Positions 60,701 to 64,000 of a stretch of 64,000 nt of DNA are shown piece after piece. Every line of letters starts with the position of its first letter. Positions within the stretch are counted from its first letter, which is position 1. The notes below the pieces were generated by a model. The model was given only the letters and a program-made list of their open reading frames with translations, was not told the origin of the DNA and searched no databases. The position numbers and the translations under genes were made by a program. The stretch is from Microbacteriaceae bacterium (GTDB lineage: Bacteria > Actinomycetota > Actinomycetes > Actinomycetales > Microbacteriaceae), in the NCBI GenBank assembly GCA_024645175.1, contig JAHEGB010000003.1, positions 30,708 through 94,707 of the forward strand, written 5' to 3'.

Positions 60701-61496
60701 TTTGCTTCTCGGATTCATGCTCGTTGGTTTTGCGCCAGCACTTTTGGCAAGCGCATTCAGAAAGATTCGCAAGCAAGCAGAGTGGGGAATCAGCTACTGG
60801 TGGGATCGCCTCGTCGACCTCGCGGTCGTAACCTTCTTGGCTGGCTGGACTATGTCTAGCGTTATCTCAACACTGCCTTCACTCGCGAAGCTAACAATGC
60901 CAGCGGCAAACCACGTGACCGACTTCGCGTTAGCCGCGGCTGCCGCGATGTTCGTTCGCATCTTGCTTGAAGAATTCTCGAGCCGTTTCTATCCGGCACG
61001 CTTGAACTTCATCAACCCAACCAACGTTGCTGAAACCAGCCCAGTGCAGAAATACATCGCGCTCTCGATTCGTTTGTTCTTGTTCGTCTTCGTCTCGGCA
61101 GCACTTATGGGCAACACCTGGCAGACCTGGGTCGGCTCAGCGCTGTTCATCTTGCCGACCGTTCTTGGCTGGTATAGCGACCGCCTGCCGAACTTCCCAC
61201 GACTATGGAAGCTCCTGCCAGCAGGTATTCCAGGTTTGGCACTTAGCCTTGTAATCGCCTCGACAACTACCGCTCTCGTCGGTGGCATTCTCGGTGCGAG
61301 CCCAGAGCTGGCTCAGTGGTCGTTCGTGCTGCTGCCAATTCCGTTGTTGTTGCTCAGTATTCTTGGTCTCTTCGGTCGCCACGGTGAAACTCCTGACGCA
61401 GATCGCCCAGTCAAGACTCACAAGTGGCGTTGGGTTTACCGTTTGGGTGGAATCGTCATGTTGTTCGTCACCCTGCGTCTCGCCGGCATTCTCTAA
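51744..61496 (+). CDS. Giant surface protein B (3250 aa), paralogue of 25812..33440
   Basis: Same architecture: Gly-rich tip, Ig repeats, one C-type lectin (GEPN), PT stalk, identical 32-aa motif, poly-Ala, homologous polytopic C-terminus. The start may be ATG 51768. Confidence 0.88.
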   Translation: MADGIFVSMRLWQRPQRFVALVKEKSRAWSSALLVATLTLAMVSFGAITPSPPADAAAAQCPADSTYITYTYSSPNCTATFAYSGAYQTWTVPSGVTSATITLRGAQGGSTPSGAGGAGAVLTGTMSTTPGTSLYVYVGGQGSQTNGAAGFNGGGTGGFWSSTYSAGGGGGSDIRTTVGNFSSRIAVAGGGGGASSYSNGCYGGAAGNPNSPSISVCGYGAVGATQTGPTPPDPSYTTSGPSSTLGVGSSPSSTGPCGGYCPAGGGGGGYYGGGVGVLGGTGGSSWYDSTKVSAASYLTSNNTGNGQIQITYLAGATISSYTATNAVNATSGNNGYISGRSINYSLSFSLPVTGFGPEDITLSGTSGGAGSWTKSAISGSGAGPYTFTLSNPSAVEGTVIATVNAAGVVDGNSNVGIGSQANTTTIDTIAPTVTAISFASGSNVQTAQSVSVTFSETPLAVTTSSITLSGASGTAGTWTKTLVSGSGVGPYVFNIDNVSAIDGALNVQVAAGNVTDYANNNVVASSTISRSLTLQPSIITGGLNTYGGGTITLAPNATLIDRGSSALAGLKISITGAAQAGDSLSFTNNNSTNFGTIQTASSTSQVLTLTYSGAQPTLAQWQAAIRAVKFTTSTAGTARTVEFHLKPTVGYNYDNMHFYQWVSGTISTGDSAISTAAGYTYKGMQGYLTTITSAAENAFVYALSGNLGTWLGATQVTASSNNWKWAAGPENGTQFSSGATAANGMYVNWWSGEPNNSANYVFMTTAGTWDDLVSSQSGSYYNSGNVVEYGSTANGDPATTLLKVSATMGVDATAPTATLAASSATGSTNTNTFTITSSAVGIDCSTISAVAGEDFTFSANITGISIAQTSNTVCTITVTSNVAGGTTASVTLSKAGTFAYLGQNGISGTMATASASTSVTIADNIAPVLTWSNEANSYLNVTSNASGATFGFSLSESVTSIAASNFTLTGNLVCATKALTNTSGLNYTITLANCTNGTSGSIQLNASAIKDLGNNFAASVTSTRTITVDTTAPTASFTTKPGAFTTSISNIHYTVTFSEAVTSMAVGKLSIAGAGCSIINFVATSSTVYDFDVTGCNDGVTATVTLAQNAGTDVAGNIGPASPVQAATIIDATAPTVATWSNSQAALTNATTLTYTLTFSEAVSGLVAADLALTGCSATPTITTANNITFTVTLTGCTSGSTVAIKLLAGSVLDQASNAGPSTDTATISRTLDYVAPQVSWGSNPPSPTKANSTFAIQFSEHVNGFGSNLITNAGTSTGCVFTLTTIVPGYTYSVQATSCSDGTLIPVITANSVTDDAGNIGPATSPSADRTAGPIVVDRTAPVASFTTVPPARTHGTLTYVLHFNEAIITTNGAPESLSASDFTNAGTAAGCAISIAAIVSTNDYTVTVSNCGNGTVSLTLIDDAVQDLATNSGQVGIIAAGVTVDNTVPTVSFTTAPGAYVTATSTRYIATFSESVTGITASSFAKTGTGCAIANFSATSASIYQFDLTSCADGATATVTLAANSATDLAGNTGPVSNLVSTTIFDRTAPSVSSFATSLTSPTNADPLTYSLTFSEQVSGLTGTDFTVTGCSATPVVTTSNNITYSVSLAGCPTAATVTIKLNASSVADLATNVGPASASNVISLVTDYVAPTIVSFTTAHNSTTNANPLVYTLVFSEAVYGLSASDFNITGCASTPTIVTSNNVTYTISLSGCATAATVGATLNGNTVADSANNAGPAAASNTITLLTDYVAPTFSWGSAPASPTRVSSTYTIGFSEWVSALSSGMFTNSGTATGCNFTVTAIVLNYQYSVVADSCSDGTLAPTLAVASVSDAAGNHPSASGATAATVVVDHSAPVATFVSNPGARTHGTLTYTLRFDEAIVTTSGAAAALSNDDFTYSGTATGCQISIAAVANSNDYTITVTACTDGTFILLLADDAVQDIAGNSGQLGIIAAGSAIDSAHATATISTIQSSPTNSTFITYSIVFNESVTGLTGDSTDFTLGGAGCSFGPLTGSGTTYSLRVNGCADGASSTLTLKANAVEDRSIVNGHGNIGPANPVTSAATVIDFSPATVSYTTPATTNNDGSIAIIATFSEGVMGVAASDFSNIGTASVGTISMTQLSATEFRLNTMALTNGTIKLSLTGVVTDYAGNDSPGLSVSSFDSSAANVVVTGLAGGFSTSPAALVKQAPTYELTFARAVTGLQANDFILPAGSTCVPSLSAVSTSVYSVTLTGCADGDITLELRAGAVTDSYSLANTRQVAGATVLDTTAPTATVTLRNGSLFTGQHIFDVVFSEPVLGLTSHDLTIPLGVNATGCAITGPNGTGANYTVNMTGCVNGTFALALQANGVTDLAGNAGPIAIETSATATQAKPVPTATVTTGTPPTVLLAVAPYRVFGDVPAGTQQTLLAAKIVVGAQGAPAVTVATDVSQLAPTDAVTITNNQTVNAGDAISLSIQASVNSAAQLDAVGFIEINGAWEYLGRQPFTGSYLTTSPITFAEPGTYILKIVLIDKTTVITMSALKAKIFAPKKFTAAPVIPKLIKTKQLPLTFRAAALTTQQTEIGTQQINVNLSVLAPQGGLPALVQPAPPAAPVVTPTPTPTPTPTPTATPTPTKSPTATPRPTATPTVRPTVAPTPSASATVAPVVTPTPTPIATTNIAAPTPSAAATVEPIVAAPNVPIAPQPTEPPAPVNVVAPIAIPTIDPGAPVANPAIGATGDDNAAPVAFDPLASEAAVVAATETATQAVAVVSTVAAAAGAAAAAAAAAGAAAGAAAGAAAGAAGAGAASGASAGGGASSGGSSGGGARSSSGGASGGSSGGSSSSSSSGSSASTNTDSSGGEGDGGDLQTLDVEHDEYEVDGEHWGDKLAIFNFAFMRITDKPAHDIAVKLAKFSPVSSKIVNDSAYLRAIFGTPTVLLPLIGFVLGFIGLTQIEGELLSPSWQLLLLIAVFGIFDALAGAAATITFAIGAFVTGQVASIDDVRLLLGFMLVGFAPALLASAFRKIRKQAEWGISYWWDRLVDLAVVTFLAGWTMSSVISTLPSLAKLTMPAANHVTDFALAAAAAMFVRILLEEFSSRFYPARLNFINPTNVAETSPVQKYIALSIRLFLFVFVSAALMGNTWQTWVGSALFILPTVLGWYSDRLPNFPRLWKLLPAGIPGLALSLVIASTTTALVGGILGASPELAQWSFVLLPIPLLLLSILGLFGRHGETPDADRPVKTHKWRWVYRLGGIVMLFVTLRLAGIL

Positions 61497-61594
61497 AACC
61501 GCAAGGCATACTTTGTGAATTCGCTGTGGCTTCGGCCGCCAGCCACAATCACGCTGATAATCTGAAACTCAATTCCAATAAAGGGGAGTATCCA

Positions 61595-62188
61595 ATGCGC
61601 AAGTTCATCGCAGCAGTTGCAATGATCGCTTCAGTTCTAGGCATGTCAGTCGCGGCAGCCCCAGCTAACGCAGCAACCCCAGTGCCTAAGATTCTTCAGG
61701 TCAGCAACAAAAAGCCTCTGCCTGCAGGTGGCCAGAACATCACCCTTTATGGCACCAACCTTAACCTCGTCAGCGCAGTTATCGTCGACAAGACCACTGC
61801 GACCATGGTTTCAAAAGAAGCAACCAAGCTCGTGTTCATCACACCGGCCCACGCAAACGGCCTAGCCAACATCTCACTCAAGTACGGCAGCAAGACATAC
61901 GTGCTGAAAGACGCGCTTCTCTATAAAGACAGCGCTAACCGCGTCTTGGCCCCGCTGCCTTACATTCCTGAGACCCTAAAGGTCGGCCGCACAGTTTCGA
62001 TGACCCCTGGCAACTCGGCCTGGCAGGTAGTCGTCACAACCGACACCCCAACCATCTGCTCGATTACCGGCCTAGAGGTCAAGGCGCTCAAGAAGGGTGA
62101 GTGTGCCCTAAACATCGACGTCAACGTCGACACCATGGATCGCACCTACCGCAGCCGTTCAGCCCTCTATTTCATTACCGTCAACTAA
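61595..62188 (+). CDS. Secreted IPT/TIG-domain protein
   Basis: RBS aagggga; signal ending ANA-A; 'AGGQNITLYGTNL...LVFITPAH'; C-terminal 'TPTICSI...GEC' Ig-like domain. Confidence 0.8.
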   Translation: MRKFIAAVAMIASVLGMSVAAAPANAATPVPKILQVSNKKPLPAGGQNITLYGTNLNLVSAVIVDKTTATMVSKEATKLVFITPAHANGLANISLKYGSKTYVLKDALLYKDSANRVLAPLPYIPETLKVGRTVSMTPGNSAWQVVVTTDTPTICSITGLEVKALKKGECALNIDVNVDTMDRTYRSRSALYFITVN

Positions 62189-62200
62189 TTCTTGGCCTGA

Positions 62201-62230
62201 GACCGTAATAATTCGGCCTCTGGCCCGTAT
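62201..62230 (+). promoter_or_regulatory. Candidate ECF promoter CGTAAT-N16-CGTAT upstream of the tethered sigma gene
   Basis: gaccgtaataa at 62201, cgtat at 62226; same motif and spacing at 63740. Confidence 0.6.
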
Positions 62231-62303
62231 AGGTAGTTATCTGCCACAATTGGCAGTAGTTAGTTGCGCCTAGCCAGATGGCCGGGCTTGATAGAGAGGT
62301 GGC

Positions 62304-63704
62304 ATGCCAATGGCAATGAAGCGTCACCTGCGCCTGGTCAAAGACCAGATCAAGCCTGAAGAAGTCTCACTAGACACCAGCAGCTTTGAGGCGATTCCTG
62401 ACGAAGACGAACTCGACCTGCTTCTTGATGAAGTCAGCGATGAAGAGTTTGGTGAAGTTCAGACCAAGGATGCCAAGCCGGTCAAACTCAAAGAGTGGAA
62501 GGCCGAAGAATTCGCGAGCATCTATGTTCGCTTTCGCCCGCACCTAGAACGTCACGCACGCAAGTGGTTGACCAACCAGTCACAGGTTGACGAAGTTGTT
62601 CAAGACGCATTTTTGTATCTAATGGTTTCACTTCCTGAACTAGACAGCGAGATCGGTGTCTTGAAGTTCATGAAGTGGAAGGTCAAAAACCTTTGCCTCG
62701 ACATTTATCGCGCGTCAGGTCGCGCTTATGTAAAGAGCATCGACGACGTTGCAGAACCAGTAGCACTTAACGCTGAGCTCGGTTCAGATCTAGAAAAAGC
62801 AGAAGATGCTGCAATCGTTCGTCTTGCGCTTTCAAAACTTAACCCTCGCCACCGCGAAGTTCTTCTTGCCTCTATCTATGAAGAAAAGTCGACTGCAGAA
62901 ATTGCTGCACAGGTTGGCCTAAGCGAGAACGCAACTCTTCAGTTGCTATTCCGCGCTCGCGGTGCTTTCAAGAAGGCATTGCTCGGCGATGTTGACACCA
63001 ACGGAATGTCAATGGGCGCAATTCTTTCTGTCGCTGCACGAAAGGCGGGTGAAGAAGCAAAGAAGGTTGGCGTTCAAGCCATGGTTCTTGTTTTGTTCCT
63101 CGCGCTTTCGATTGGCGCATTCGTTAACTTCAACGGCCAGGGCAAGCTTGCTGTTGCTCCGGTTGCCGAAGCCCCTAACTCTTCAAACAACTCTGACTCG
63201 AATGCAGCCGCCCCGGTTGCCGAAGAGCCAGCTCTTCAGATCAGCAACGTGGTCAACGTCAGACAGCGCCCAGAGGTGCCAATCGACTATGACACCTACG
63301 ACCCGAATGTGCTTTCGTTCCAGACTTCATCGTTTATCGCAAGCATGAACGAAAACGCCGAAGTGTTCGTCTATCGCGACACCAAGGGCTCATCGACCGT
63401 TCACATTCAGGGCAAAGAGAACCTCGATTTGAGCTTCACTTATGACCCAACCTCGGCCACCCCGATCAGCAACCTGCTCTTCACCTTCTTGGCAGACGGC
63501 ATTACCTATAACGCCTATGCCCTAAACGCCAACGTCAGCGGCTCAAACGGCGAATTCACAGTTGCCGGCACCATTTCTGACCTGGTTGACCTAAACAACA
63601 CCGTTTTTGACAAAAATGCCCTCTCAAAGGCCTCATTTAGCGTCAATTTTAAGATTTCTGGCGATGTTGGCACCGGCCGACTATCAGTCGGCCCACGAAT
63701 CTAA
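62304..63704 (+). CDS. ECF sigma factor fused to a TM helix and an extracytoplasmic domain, with an acidic N-terminal extension
   Basis: Region 2 'VDEVVQDAFLYL...KNLCLDIYR'; region 4 'LSKLNPRHREVL...EIAAQVGLSENA...FRARGA'; TM 'VQAMVLVLFLALSIGAFV'. Confidence 0.88.
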   Translation: MPMAMKRHLRLVKDQIKPEEVSLDTSSFEAIPDEDELDLLLDEVSDEEFGEVQTKDAKPVKLKEWKAEEFASIYVRFRPHLERHARKWLTNQSQVDEVVQDAFLYLMVSLPELDSEIGVLKFMKWKVKNLCLDIYRASGRAYVKSIDDVAEPVALNAELGSDLEKAEDAAIVRLALSKLNPRHREVLLASIYEEKSTAEIAAQVGLSENATLQLLFRARGAFKKALLGDVDTNGMSMGAILSVAARKAGEEAKKVGVQAMVLVLFLALSIGAFVNFNGQGKLAVAPVAEAPNSSNNSDSNAAAPVAEEPALQISNVVNVRQRPEVPIDYDTYDPNVLSFQTSSFIASMNENAEVFVYRDTKGSSTVHIQGKENLDLSFTYDPTSATPISNLLFTFLADGITYNAYALNANVSGSNGEFTVAGTISDLVDLNNTVFDKNALSKASFSVNFKISGDVGTGRLSVGPRI

Positions 63705-63739
63705 ATATTCTTCAAAAATTCTCAAAAATATCCCGTTTC

Positions 63740-63814
63740 GACCGTAATAAACGGCGTAATACGGCGTTACCTTACGTATAAGCCCTTGGTTTCGGCCTGC
63801 TTGGTTGGTAGAAT
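63740..63814 (+). promoter_or_regulatory. Candidate ECF promoter (CGTAAT-N16-CGTTA) plus a sigma-A-like promoter (TTGGTT-N17-TAGAAT with TGn extension)
   Basis: gaccgtaataa 63740-63750, cgtta 63765; ttggtt 63786, tagaat 63809. Confidence 0.6.
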
Positions 63815-63880
63815 CTAAGAGCTTGTGCCCGCTAAATCATTGGGATTCAGCGGACAAACCAAGAAAATGAAAAGGAAATC

Positions 63881-64000
63881 ATGTCAAAGAACTTGACTCG
63901 TAAGGGTCTGGCGCTTGGTGCATTGGTGGCTCTAACTTCGTCTGTAATCGCTGGTGCTCCAGCGCAGGCAGCAGGAGAGCTTAACCTAGTCCCTAGCTCA
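63881..64000 (+). CDS. 5' end of a secreted protein, possibly a major surface/S-layer-like protein (truncated by the window)
   Basis: RBS aaaagga; MSKNLTRKGLALGALVALTSSVIAGAPAQA-AGELNLVPSS signal peptide; structured 5' UTR. Confidence 0.7.
   Translation, partial: MSKNLTRKGLALGALVALTSSVIAGAPAQAAGELNLVPSS

Overview
A 64-kb chromosomal window of roughly 50-55% GC (estimated by eye). Gene content and protein style suggest a small-genome freshwater actinobacterium, probably Microbacteriaceae of the Rhodoluna/Aquiluna type; this is inference. Main contents: (1) a ~16.6-kb LacI-regulated beta-1,3-glucan utilisation locus (5249-21857) with five GH16 enzymes, a GH1, a carbohydrate ABC importer and two non-catalytic secreted proteins that share unrecognised domains with the enzymes, plus a clear TGTGAAATCGGTTTCACA operator; (2) a surface-protein repertoire, including two giant paralogues (2542 and 3250 aa: Gly-rich tip, Ig stalk, C-type lectins, invariant 32-aa motif, poly-Ala, ~10-11-TM C-terminal domain) and two OmpA-like-anchored adhesins; (3) a membrane-tethered ECF sigma factor whose candidate promoter recurs upstream of the next, S-layer-like gene; (4) a split fructose-type PTS, a two-component system, a GH53 and housekeeping genes (rlmN, pcp, ltaE, gpx). 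I saw no tRNA, rRNA, CRISPR array, integrase or IS.
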